Below are positions 1 through 8,834 of a DNA stretch of 64,000 nucleotides, piece by piece; the stretch's first letter is position 1; each line of letters starts with the position of its first letter. Source of the stretch: an uncultured SAR116 cluster alpha proteobacterium (lineage in GTDB: Bacteria > Pseudomonadota > Alphaproteobacteria > Puniceispirillales > Puniceispirillaceae); contig CACNQE010000008.1 of assembly GCA_902622515.1 (NCBI GenBank), forward strand, positions 15,509-79,508, written 5' to 3'. Under the pieces are notes generated by a model, which worked only from the letters and a program-made list of their open reading frames with translations, did not search any database and had not been told where the DNA came from. A program made the translations under genes and the position numbers.

Positions 1-593
1 GGATTTTTCTGCTTGTTGGAGGTTTATGGGCTTCTGCAAAATTTGGAGCAGAAAATGGTGCTTATGCCTTTGCTTTTGTAATTTTTGGAATGCTTCTAAT
101 GGGAGGAATTTTTTTTGCTAGCTTTAAATGGATTAAGAATGATACACGCGAAGTCACAAAGAGAGGTCAATATATCTTTTTGGCCTGCATTCTTGGGATT
201 ATTTTTAATTGCATATTTTTTTCTGGTATAATTGGGAATCTAAAGTCTTTACATGTTGCCTCCTTAATCGAAGAGAAATTGGAGAGACTACCTGTAAAGA
301 CAAAAATTATTGCATTAGCTGGTTATCACGAGCCATCCACTGTCTTCACGTTAGGGGAAGATATACTATTACTTAACACAGACGAAGCAGCGCTGTTGCT
401 GGCAGAAGCCCCTGAGGCTTTAATAATTGTGGAGTCCCGGCAAATAGATCAGTTCAAGTCTGCTGCCTCGAATTTAAATGTGGTATTTCACAAGTTATCA
501 CAAATTAAAGGGTTCAATATTTCTAAAGGGCAATTTATTGAATTGTACCTAATGTCTTCGATTAAGTTTGACGATAAGGATTTGAACAGCTAA
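1..593 (+). CDS. ArnT/GT39-like (GT-C fold) membrane glycosyltransferase, C-terminal part; 5' end lies outside the window
   Basis: Frame is open from position 3 (IFLLVGGLWASAKF...) to TAA 593. Hydrophobic helices followed by a periplasmic 'GYHEPSTVF...GFNISKG' tail typical of alphaproteobacterial ArnT-like proteins. Directly upstream of GT2 and LAB_N genes. Confidence 0.65.
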   Translation, partial: IFLLVGGLWASAKFGAENGAYAFAFVIFGMLLMGGIFFASFKWIKNDTREVTKRGQYIFLACILGIIFNCIFFSGIIGNLKSLHVASLIEEKLERLPVKTKIIALAGYHEPSTVFTLGEDILLLNTDEAALLLAEAPEALIIVESRQIDQFKSAASNLNVVFHKLSQIKGFNISKGQFIELYLMSSIKFDDKDLNS

Positions 594-625
594 GACCAGT
601 AAAAACTATCTGAAGAACTTCTTTC

Positions 626-1435
626 ATGGCTCAATTTATAACTTACTCTCCAAGTAAATCTAACGTCATAAAAGCGCCAGAGATTTCGGTACTAGTTCCC
701 GTGATGAATGAGGCAGGAAACATTCGAGCATTAATTGATGAAATATGTGATACTTTTCGAGAGAGGAGATTTGAGATCATTTATATTGATGATGGAAGCA
801 CAGATGAAACTATATTGGAGTTGCAAACTTGCTTGTCACAAGTGGAAGAACTCCGTGTCTTTCGTCATAAACGGCGGAGTGGTCAAAGCGTTGCAATACG
901 GACAGGTTTGCTGGCATCAAGAGCGCCGTTGATTGCAATTTTAGACGGAGATGGTCAGAATATTCCCCATGATTTGCTTAAATTAGAGGAAGCCCTTCTC
1001 TCTTTGCGCCCTAAAAGTGGCATGGCAGGTGGAGTTAGGCAAGATAGAAAAGATTCTGCTATTAAGAAATTCGCATCTCGCAGAGCAAGAAATGTAAGAA
1101 GCTGGCTTTTAAAGGATAGCCACCCAGATTCAGGTTGTGGAATTAAGATTATTGATAGGGAAGTTTTTTTAAGACTGCCTTTTTTTAACCATATGCACAG
1201 ATTTATGTCTGTTTTAGTTCTAAGAGAGGGCGCTGTAGTAATCGAAGTTCCTGTTAGTCATCGTGCTCGTGACAAAGGCAAATCCAAATATGGCATTTTA
1301 GATAGATTACTTGTGGGTATTTCTGATATAATTGGAGTCATGTGGTTACTCAGGCGAGCAAATCATCCTGAGGAAGTCACGGAAATAACCCAGAATAATT
1401 TAAAGAAAAATTCAAACAATAATACGATTAAGTAG
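626..1435 (+). CDS. GT2 polyprenyl-phosphate glycosyltransferase (ArnC/DPM1/RgtE-like)
   Basis: VLVPVMNE, IDDGSTD, GQS-A, LDGDGQN, DSGCGIK, HRFM and GKSKYG motifs of the DPM1-like bacterial GT2 family. Confidence 0.9.
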   Translation: MAQFITYSPSKSNVIKAPEISVLVPVMNEAGNIRALIDEICDTFRERRFEIIYIDDGSTDETILELQTCLSQVEELRVFRHKRRSGQSVAIRTGLLASRAPLIAILDGDGQNIPHDLLKLEEALLSLRPKSGMAGGVRQDRKDSAIKKFASRRARNVRSWLLKDSHPDSGCGIKIIDREVFLRLPFFNHMHRFMSVLVLREGAVVIEVPVSHRARDKGKSKYGILDRLLVGISDIIGVMWLLRRANHPEEVTEITQNNLKKNSNNNTIK

Positions 1436-1798
1436 ATGCTGGATGTGATTTCAGAAATTATAGGCAGTACCGCATTAATAGCGGGGAACTTTTTATACAG
1501 CCTTTTTCCATTTCTCCCAGTATCAATAGCAGAAAACCCAGCAACAATTATGGTTATAGTGGGTTTTGGAGGGCAGTTATTATTTGCTATGAGGTTTATA
1601 ATTCAATGGATAAAATCCGAAGGAGAAAGAAAGTCCGTTATTCCTCTTGCATTCTGGTATTTTTCAATAGGTGGAGGATTAGTGCTTTTATTTTACGCAC
1701 TTTGGCGCAAAGACCCTGTTATTATTTGTGGTCAAGGTTTGGGGCTTTTTATTTACGCACGAAATTTGTATTTTATATACCGAAACTCAGCAAGGTAA
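1436..1798 (+). CDS. Lipid A biosynthesis N-terminal domain (LAB_N) membrane protein, RgtF-like
   Basis: GFGGQLLFAMRFIIQW-SE-ERKSVIPLAFWYFSIGG...DPV...GQ...IYARNL is the LAB_N signature. ATG directly follows the GT2 stop. Confidence 0.85.
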   Translation: MLDVISEIIGSTALIAGNFLYSLFPFLPVSIAENPATIMVIVGFGGQLLFAMRFIIQWIKSEGERKSVIPLAFWYFSIGGGLVLLFYALWRKDPVIICGQGLGLFIYARNLYFIYRNSAR

Positions 1799-1821
1799 TT
1801 TATTAAATTAAAAAAACCACA

Positions 1822-2241
1822 TTACAAACTAGTATTGCTCATCTTAAGCAAGATGTTCCATTCATTTCGTGAAACGGGAACTACAGAAAGACGAGATTGA
1901 CGCACAAGAGCAAAATTATTTAGTAAGGGCTCACTTTTTATTTCAGAGAGTGTAACAGGTTTTTCTACCTCTTTTACAGCAACTACCGTTACCATACCAA
2001 AGCGTCCTGTAGGGTCAGTAGGATCTAAATGCCATTTTTGTGAAACACGAACGATACCGACGATACGTTTTTCAATCACAGAGTGATAAAAAAAACCAAG
2101 ATCGCCTATTTCCATTGCTTTCATATTATTACCTGCTTGATAGTTTCGTACACCATCCCAGCCCTCGCCTTCATCTCCTTTCGCTAATTGATCGCTAAAT
2201 GACCAGTTGTTAGGTTCTGATTTAAATAGCCAATATGCCAT
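1822..2241 (-). CDS. EVE domain protein
   Basis: MAYWLFKSEP, WDGVRNYQA, FFYHS, RQSRLSV motifs. Confidence 0.95.
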   Translation of the reverse strand: MAYWLFKSEPNNWSFSDQLAKGDEGEGWDGVRNYQAGNNMKAMEIGDLGFFYHSVIEKRIVGIVRVSQKWHLDPTDPTGRFGMVTVVAVKEVEKPVTLSEIKSEPLLNNFALVRQSRLSVVPVSRNEWNILLKMSNTSL

Positions 2242-2301
2242 GCAAGCCTCTTTAATTGTTTGTTTTTATTTTTAATTGTGTTGAGAAAATAATTATTTAT
2301 C

Positions 2302-3297
2302 CTATTCTGTATTCACTTCTCGAGCTAATAAAGCGGTAATTTCACTCTCAATAAGTTCTTCATGTTGCAAAATACGATGAACAGCTTGTGCGATAGGTAA
2401 CTCGATATCTTCATAAATAGCTCTTGCATTAAGAAGTTCAGCAGCTTTTTTGCCTTCAGCCAACTTTGGGTCAGGAGTTTGGTTTTTTGCAATTGCCATA
2501 CCGAATGCCATATTTCGTGAATGAGGACTAGAGCAAGTTAAAACTAAATCTCCCATACCTGCCAACCCATTGAGTGTTTGAGGCCTTCCGCCAATTTTAA
2601 CAGCCAGTCGGGTAATTTCAGCAAGTCCACGTGAAACTAAAGCTGCGCGTGCATTATCCCCGAGTTCGAGTCCAGTAGCTATACCTGCCGCTATCGCAAT
2701 AATATTTTTTACCGCGCCACCTACAGCAACTCCTGTAATGTCATCCCCTATGTAACATCTTAAATAGCTTGCTTCAAAATAATTAGCTATTTCAGTTGAG
2801 AGTTTAATAGAATGAGAGGCTATCATGACTGCTGTTGGTTTATTTGATATTACTTCATCAGCAAAAGAGGGACCACTAATTAGTCCATAGGAATAAAAGT
2901 TATCAAATTTTGAATTTATCCATTCAGGTAGAAATATCCCGCCCTTTTCAGAGTGTGAAAATAATCCTTTCCCCGAAAATAGAATTACTGAATCTAGTGA
3001 TGCGTAATTCGTAATCAATTCAACAACTTGCACAGTTTCTGATAAAGGAACTGCAATAACAATAAGACCAGCCAAGCTAAGACAATCTGGATTTGTTGTT
3101 GATGGTATAGGGCGCTCTAGTTGAACTTGGGGTAATGCTATAAGACTACCCTGATTTAGTGCATCCGCTGTTTCTCGTCTTCGGGTGAGGACAGTAACAT
3201 TGTTGTTAGCCTTTAGAAGTTGGTCTGCAAGCGCGCCACCCCAGCTTCCGCCGCCAATAACAACAATTTCCTTAGTTTTAGACATTTTATTTTTCAT
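2302..3297 (-). CDS. gpsA: NAD(P)H-dependent glycerol-3-phosphate dehydrogenase
   Basis: GGGSWG Rossmann motif, SGPSFA, GAVKN, GDLVLTC, SRN. ATG 3297 overlaps the tsaD stop (ATGA). Confidence 0.93.
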   Translation of the reverse strand: MKNKMSKTKEIVVIGGGSWGGALADQLLKANNNVTVLTRRRETADALNQGSLIALPQVQLERPIPSTTNPDCLSLAGLIVIAVPLSETVQVVELITNYASLDSVILFSGKGLFSHSEKGGIFLPEWINSKFDNFYSYGLISGPSFADEVISNKPTAVMIASHSIKLSTEIANYFEASYLRCYIGDDITGVAVGGAVKNIIAIAAGIATGLELGDNARAALVSRGLAEITRLAVKIGGRPQTLNGLAGMGDLVLTCSSPHSRNMAFGMAIAKNQTPDPKLAEGKKAAELLNARAIYEDIELPIAQAVHRILQHEELIESEITALLAREVNTE

Positions 3298-4358
3298 AGT
3301 CTTACTCCTCTCCCTGGAGGTGGTGAAGCTTTTTGGTCTAATGGCCACCTTGGTTTTGGAGCAAAATCAAATTCCGTCTTTTTCCCAATCATATGATATT
3401 CCATTCCCACCCATGCAATCATTGCAGCATTATCTGTGCAAAATTCTGAGGGGGGTAAAACCATATTAAAATTTTTTGATTCAGCGAGGCTTTTAAGATT
3501 TTTTCTAATTTCCTTGTTTGCGGCGACACCGCCAGCGACGACAAAAGTCATTTTGTTGTTTCTTGCTGCAGAAGAAGCAAACCTTTCCATAGCTATTTCA
3601 GAACGATTAATAAGAGAGCTAGATATAGTTGCTTGTAGACTAGCTGCAAAATCAGCGGTTGGAATGGGTCCCGAATATTTTGATACTGAGTTTGCAAGGG
3701 CGGTTTTAATTCCAGAAAAAGAGAAATGACAATCACGATATTGTTGTCTTGGTGTAGGTAATTTTATTGATTCTGGGTTTCCAGTTTTAGCGCATTTTTC
3801 AATTGCTGGCCCACCAGGATAGCCAAGTCCTAAGAGTTTTGCTCCTTTGTCAAAGGCTTCCCCAGCTGCATCATCTAATGTTGTGCCATATCTTTCATAT
3901 TTTCCTAGAGAGTTGATGCTTAATAGTTGTGTGTGACCGCCAGAAACAAGCAACAACAAATAAGGAAATTCTAGTTTATGGGTAAACCGAGCCGTCAATG
4001 CATGACCTTCGAGATGATTGATCGCATAATATGGCAAGTTTCTTGCAAATGCTAATGCTTTGGCTGTCATTGTTCCAATTAAAACGCCACCTATTAATCC
4101 CGGTCCTCCTGTTGCAGCAATGCCATTAATTTTCTCGAGCGTAAGCCCTGACTGTTTTAAAGCTTCTGTTATCACGGGCCTCATAGCGGATAAATGTTCT
4201 CTTGCTGCGACCTCTGGAACAACGCCTCCATTAGGGGCGTGAATGGAAGCTTGAGAAGCTATAATATTGGCTAAAATATCTCCATTTTGGTTAATTATTG
4301 CGCAGCAAGTTTCATCACAACTGCTCTCAATTCCTAATATGATTGATTGTTTTGTCAT
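3294..4358 (-). CDS. tsaD: tRNA N6-threonylcarbamoyladenosine synthesis protein TsaD
   Basis: LGIESSCDET, GGVVPE-AAREH, NHLEGH, LLVSGGHT, DDAAGEAFDK, CTDNAAMIA. Confidence 0.97.
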   Translation of the reverse strand: MTKQSIILGIESSCDETCCAIINQNGDILANIIASQASIHAPNGGVVPEVAAREHLSAMRPVITEALKQSGLTLEKINGIAATGGPGLIGGVLIGTMTAKALAFARNLPYYAINHLEGHALTARFTHKLEFPYLLLLVSGGHTQLLSINSLGKYERYGTTLDDAAGEAFDKGAKLLGLGYPGGPAIEKCAKTGNPESIKLPTPRQQYRDCHFSFSGIKTALANSVSKYSGPIPTADFAASLQATISSSLINRSEIAMERFASSAARNNKMTFVVAGGVAANKEIRKNLKSLAESKNFNMVLPPSEFCTDNAAMIAWVGMEYHMIGKKTEFDFAPKPRWPLDQKASPPPGRGVRL

Positions 4359-4401
4359 TTTTTTCCTTTGAAAACTTCTGTCATACTATTAGACAGGATA
4401 T

Positions 4402-5334
4402 ATGCAAGACAAGAAAAATTCTAAAAACTCTTCTCCGATAAGGATTGCTACCCGGAAATCAAAGCTCGCTATGGCGCAAGCTAATCTGGTAGGTGATTTA
4501 ATTTCACCTGTTGAGGCAGAATTTATTGGCCTTTCAACACCAGGAGATAAAAGCCTTTCAAAACCGTTGGTTGAAATTGGCGGTAAAGGTGTTTTTGTTA
4601 AAACGCTCGAGAATGCATTATTATCTGGTAAAGCGGACTGTGCGGTGCATTCACTTAAAGATATGGAGACGCAATTTGCATCAGGCACCCACATTATATC
4701 TATTTTGCCAAGAGAAGATCCTAGAGATGCAATTCTAGGTGCCAAAAGTCTCGATGAATTGCCTATAAACGCAAAAATTGGTACAGCGTCAGTCAGACGA
4801 AAAGCACAACTATTAAAGTATAGGCCCGATTTAGACATTCAGCTTTTAAGAGGCAATATCAATCGAAGGATAGCCTGTCTCGAAAACAATGAATATGACG
4901 CAATAATTTTAGCAGTTGCTGGATTAAAGAGATTAAATATGAAAATATCCTATAACCCAATTGATATTGGTAAAATGCCACCTGCTGCCTCTCAGGGAAC
5001 AATCGCAATACAGATTTTTCGACAAAATCCAAATCATGACCGACTGCAGGAGATTTTTTCACGTTTGCATTGTCATAATACAGGTCATTGCGTTACAGCA
5101 GAGCGCTCGGTTTTGTCAAGCCTTGATGGTTCCTGCCGAACACCGATATCCGCTTATGCTCATATTGACCAATCTTATAAATTGCAACTTCAGGCACATA
5201 TTTATTCACCAAATGGAGATAAAAGTTATTCTTCTTTCGCTTCTGATGAGCCGGAAAACGCTGAAAAATTGGGAGTAAAGATTGCAAAAGATCTTCTATT
5301 TAAATGTGGTGGTACTTCATTCATAGCAAGGTAA
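4402..5334 (+). CDS. hemC: Hydroxymethylbilane synthase (porphobilinogen deaminase)
   Basis: IATRKSKLA, GGKGVFVK, AVHSLKD, REDPRD, GTASVRR, RGNI, cofactor Cys in LDGSCRTP. Confidence 0.97.
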   Translation: MQDKKNSKNSSPIRIATRKSKLAMAQANLVGDLISPVEAEFIGLSTPGDKSLSKPLVEIGGKGVFVKTLENALLSGKADCAVHSLKDMETQFASGTHIISILPREDPRDAILGAKSLDELPINAKIGTASVRRKAQLLKYRPDLDIQLLRGNINRRIACLENNEYDAIILAVAGLKRLNMKISYNPIDIGKMPPAASQGTIAIQIFRQNPNHDRLQEIFSRLHCHNTGHCVTAERSVLSSLDGSCRTPISAYAHIDQSYKLQLQAHIYSPNGDKSYSSFASDEPENAEKLGVKIAKDLLFKCGGTSFIAR

Positions 5335-5369
5335 GGGATTTATTTTAGTTAAGGAATTAAATTAGCTAT

Positions 5370-6095
5370 ATGATTGTTATTATTCGAGATATTGAAGCTG
5401 CAACAAACAACGCTGATTCATTGATAGCCTCTGGTATTGACGCAATTCCGCTTGCCGTCTTATCCCATATGCCCATTGAATTGGAACCTAATATATTAGA
5501 TGTCTCTTATCAGGCAATAATTTTCACAAGTAAATACGGTATTTTAAATTATGATTCATTTTTTAACCTTCCGGCCTGGTGTGTTGGGGATATAACAGCA
5601 AAAGTCGCTAAAAAAATTGGATATACTAATGTTATTTCATCTTCAGGTAGTGCTCTCAGTTTAGCAAATGATATTTCAAATAATTTAGATAGTGAAAAAG
5701 GGCCGCTATTGTGGGCATCTGGTGCTGATATTGCGTTTGATATAAAAGCTTATTTGAACACAAAGAGGTTTAATACTACAAGAGCCATTAGTTATCAAAT
5801 GACCTCCGTCAGTCGTCTAAATAAGTCGTTTATAGAGCTGGTAAAATTAAAAAAAATAAAAGGGGTCGTTATTCTATCCAAGAGAAATTTTCATTGTTTT
5901 AGGAAATTGATGATCGCTGAGAGTGTTTGGGAACACCACCAGGCGTGGCAATTATTTACATTTCAGCAAATTCCTTTTACCGCAGAAGAGACATCTTCAT
6001 TTGCAGGGACTATAAAATCAAATACCGCAAGCTTTGAACACTTGTTTAACTGTATAAAAGATTGGTATTCTACTTTTAATGAATCTAATAGGTAG
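5370..6095 (+). CDS. hemD: Uroporphyrinogen-III synthase (divergent)
   Basis: IIFTS, WCVGDITA, SYQ motifs; length and position after hemC. Confidence 0.8.
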   Translation: MIVIIRDIEAATNNADSLIASGIDAIPLAVLSHMPIELEPNILDVSYQAIIFTSKYGILNYDSFFNLPAWCVGDITAKVAKKIGYTNVISSSGSALSLANDISNNLDSEKGPLLWASGADIAFDIKAYLNTKRFNTTRAISYQMTSVSRLNKSFIELVKLKKIKGVVILSKRNFHCFRKLMIAESVWEHHQAWQLFTFQQIPFTAEETSSFAGTIKSNTASFEHLFNCIKDWYSTFNESNR

Positions 6096-6104
6096 AAATA
6101 TTTA

Positions 6105-7361
6105 ATGAAGGATAATGAAAAAGATGCATCCGAAGCAGTGATTGAAGGCGAAGCAGTTATACGTCCTGGTCGGAAAAAAGTGTCTAGCAAAAGTCCTAGT
6201 AGAAAAAAGACCTCCGCTAATGAAAAGCCATTAGAGTCTGAGTTATCAGAAAACGTGGATACTGATTCGAACGTAGATAATCAGTCTAAGAATAACCATT
6301 ATGGTTCTTCCCAAATTAGGAAATTATTTTCGCTGAGAAACATTAGTGTTTTGATTGTTTTTATATCTGCAATAGCTGGCGGGTGGATATGGACGTTTAA
6401 TAAGAATTTAATTCCTGCACCTCAAGAAAGTCCGAGACTCTCTAGCATATTGGACGAGGCCACAGAGCGTTTATTGGAAACCGAGAAGCAATTGAACGAA
6501 TTTAAAATGCAAATAAACATTTTAGAATCAGAGATTGAAATGCTTAAAGAGCAAATTGGTCAGCAAACACAAGATGACACGCTAGGTTCAGTATCCTCTC
6601 AGCTTAGCCAATTGAGAAATATGTTTGATGAATTAGATTCAAACATGGCTCCTCCGCAAATACAGACTGTTGCAGTAGAGGAACTTTCAAGTTTAAAAGC
6701 AAAGAGAATAATTCATTTAATAGAAGTTCTATGGCTTGATAGTAAAATTGGAAGAGACCTAACTACATATCCTTCAGTTATTCAAAAACTTAAGAAAATT
6801 TATGCTGATGAAAATGAACTTTATGACTATCTTGGTCTAGTTGATAGGGCGCTGAGCGGAAATTTATCTAGCCACGCTATTATGCTATTTAATCTTAACC
6901 GTGATTTATCAGAAGATATGGGGAATGCTGAAATATCAAAAAGTGTGTCAAGTTTAAATAAAAAGACAGACAGCGAAAAAGAACAAGATGAATTTGTTGT
7001 TCAAGAGTCTGATGGGTTTTCTTGGGTACAATATTTTGCTGGATTAGTGAAATTTCAAAAGATTTCAGAGGAAAACGATTCTACAGAAATAAGTAAAAAC
7101 AAAGAAAGAGAAGTAGTGACAGCTAAGGAAGGCGTCGCGAAACTCTCTACATCTTTAAAGCCCAAATCGATAGAAACCATGTCTGAGGCAATTTCTTACC
7201 TTACATTTGTTTTGGATAATGGTAACTCGGAATTAAATTCAGAGCAGATTAACAAAATAAACTTTTATTTGGTGCAAATTAAATCAAGGTTGCAAGTGGA
7301 TAAAATGATTGATGATATCTATCAAAGCCAAGGAATATTATTCTCAAGAGAAGAAAAATGA
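6105..7361 (+). CDS. Mitofilin/alphaMic60 (COG4223-like) membrane-anchored coiled-coil protein
   Basis: Disordered N-terminus, one TM helix, long coiled coil, C-terminal 'FAGLVKFQKI' and 'KSRLQVDKMI' helices. Canonical position between hemD and hemY. Confidence 0.65.
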   Translation: MKDNEKDASEAVIEGEAVIRPGRKKVSSKSPSRKKTSANEKPLESELSENVDTDSNVDNQSKNNHYGSSQIRKLFSLRNISVLIVFISAIAGGWIWTFNKNLIPAPQESPRLSSILDEATERLLETEKQLNEFKMQINILESEIEMLKEQIGQQTQDDTLGSVSSQLSQLRNMFDELDSNMAPPQIQTVAVEELSSLKAKRIIHLIEVLWLDSKIGRDLTTYPSVIQKLKKIYADENELYDYLGLVDRALSGNLSSHAIMLFNLNRDLSEDMGNAEISKSVSSLNKKTDSEKEQDEFVVQESDGFSWVQYFAGLVKFQKISEENDSTEISKNKEREVVTAKEGVAKLSTSLKPKSIETMSEAISYLTFVLDNGNSELNSEQINKINFYLVQIKSRLQVDKMIDDIYQSQGILFSREEK

Positions 7362-8671
7362 TAATAATTCTGCGCTTAGTTCTTATCATCGCCTTAGTGG
7401 CGCTTGTAGTGAGTTGGTTTGCTAAGCAAACAGGCTCAAGCCAGATACAATGGTTGGGATATCAAATAGAAATTTCGACAAGTCTTTTAGTAAGTTTAGT
7501 CATCTTGTTCGCTTTTTTTGTAATGCTATTTGACAGGATTTTCCGCTTTATTCGTAACTGGCCTAAAATGTTATCATATGGATGGCAATTTAGACGTAGG
7601 ACAAATGGAGAACGTGCTCTTAGTCTTGGCTTTGTCTCTTTAGCCGCCGGAGATAGTCGTTCTGCACAAAAGCAGGCAAAAAAGGCAGAGAAATTGCTAG
7701 GAAAAGGACTTCTTCCGGATTTGCTAGCCGCACAGGCAGCTCATCTTTCTGGGGATGAAAATGCTGCTAGACGTTATTTTGCTCAACTATCAAAACAGAA
7801 AGATACAGCCTATTACGGTTTAATAGGAATAATGAATTTACAATTTCAAAACAAAGACACAGAAAGAAGTTTGGAAGCAGCTAAAAAAGCATTGAAAATA
7901 CAACCTGACTCTACGGCCGCACTAACTCATATTTTTTGGAGGGAAATCGAGGCCAGAAATTGGAAAAGGGCCTTAGAAATAATTGTACTTTTAAAACCAC
8001 AAGTAGCAAATTTTGCAGAACAGAAAGAACAGTTTAAGAATAGGGAAATCGGATTATGCTATCTGGTTGCAGATAATGCTTCTGAGGAAAACGAAAAAAT
8101 TATCTTTTTAAAGCGAGCTTTGAATACAAATGACTCAAGTATAGCCTGTCGGGTTGCTTTAGGTCGATTATACCATAAAAAAGAGATGATAAAGCAAATG
8201 ATTAAAGTTGCAGAGCGAGGTTTTATTTTAAATCCGCATCAGGATTATATTGATTTATTAAGATTCAATTTTACCAGTAACACATCAAAATTTATTGCTC
8301 GTCTTACCAAACTGGCTCGTCAGAGTGAGCATAAAATAGATGCTTACAGGTTAGTCATTGCAGTCTCTCTTGATGCAGACATACTTCCGCCTGCAAGCAG
8401 TTTATTATCTGAAATACCTACAAATGAAATGACTAACGAAGATTATTTGCTTACCTCGGAACTAGCAGAAAAACAAAATGATCCAGTACGTGTTAAAAAT
8501 GCTCTTCAGGAGGCTGCTCGTGCCCCTAGGGGTAAAGCCTGGCGATGTTCTTCTTGTTATACAATAACCGCACAATATGAAGCGGTTTGTCCAAAATGTA
8601 ATGATATTGGAATGATTGATTGGGTAAACGAATCACATAATATTGTGAAAGCTATCAGAGCGCCAATATAA
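7358..8671 (+). CDS. hemY: HemY_N/TPR membrane protein (alphaproteobacterial 'HemY'/Orf52)
   Basis: Two N-terminal TMs with 'WLGYQIE', 'ALS-G-V-LAAGD', 'LLAAQAA'; TPR-like helices; C-terminal WRCSSC...CPKC. ATGA overlap with the upstream gene. Confidence 0.85.
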   Translation: MIIILRLVLIIALVALVVSWFAKQTGSSQIQWLGYQIEISTSLLVSLVILFAFFVMLFDRIFRFIRNWPKMLSYGWQFRRRTNGERALSLGFVSLAAGDSRSAQKQAKKAEKLLGKGLLPDLLAAQAAHLSGDENAARRYFAQLSKQKDTAYYGLIGIMNLQFQNKDTERSLEAAKKALKIQPDSTAALTHIFWREIEARNWKRALEIIVLLKPQVANFAEQKEQFKNREIGLCYLVADNASEENEKIIFLKRALNTNDSSIACRVALGRLYHKKEMIKQMIKVAERGFILNPHQDYIDLLRFNFTSNTSKFIARLTKLARQSEHKIDAYRLVIAVSLDADILPPASSLLSEIPTNEMTNEDYLLTSELAEKQNDPVRVKNALQEAARAPRGKAWRCSSCYTITAQYEAVCPKCNDIGMIDWVNESHNIVKAIRAPI

Positions 8672-8834
8672 ATGTAATGCTGTAATTATGGTACTGAAAT
8701 TACTCTAATATCGTGATTGGATAAGATTTCCTTTCCTTTTTGCTAAATTCATGGGTATTTTCTGGATAGGAGCTTTTTGCAATATTACACTATCAATTAT
8801 GATGTAAAAAGACGTATTTAAATGGGAGACAAAT

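Noticed and set aside
3298..3348. N-terminal extension of GpsA in the ORF track
   Set aside because: It overlaps the tsaD C-terminus. ATG 3297 gives a typical ATGA coupling and normal protein length.
4389..4838. 149-aa minus-strand ORF, and similar shadow ORFs such as 18667-19143, 21512-21868, 55234-55620 and 57187-57627
   Set aside because: They lie antisense to or inside well-supported genes, show no recognisable motifs and have the composition expected of reverse-complement frames.
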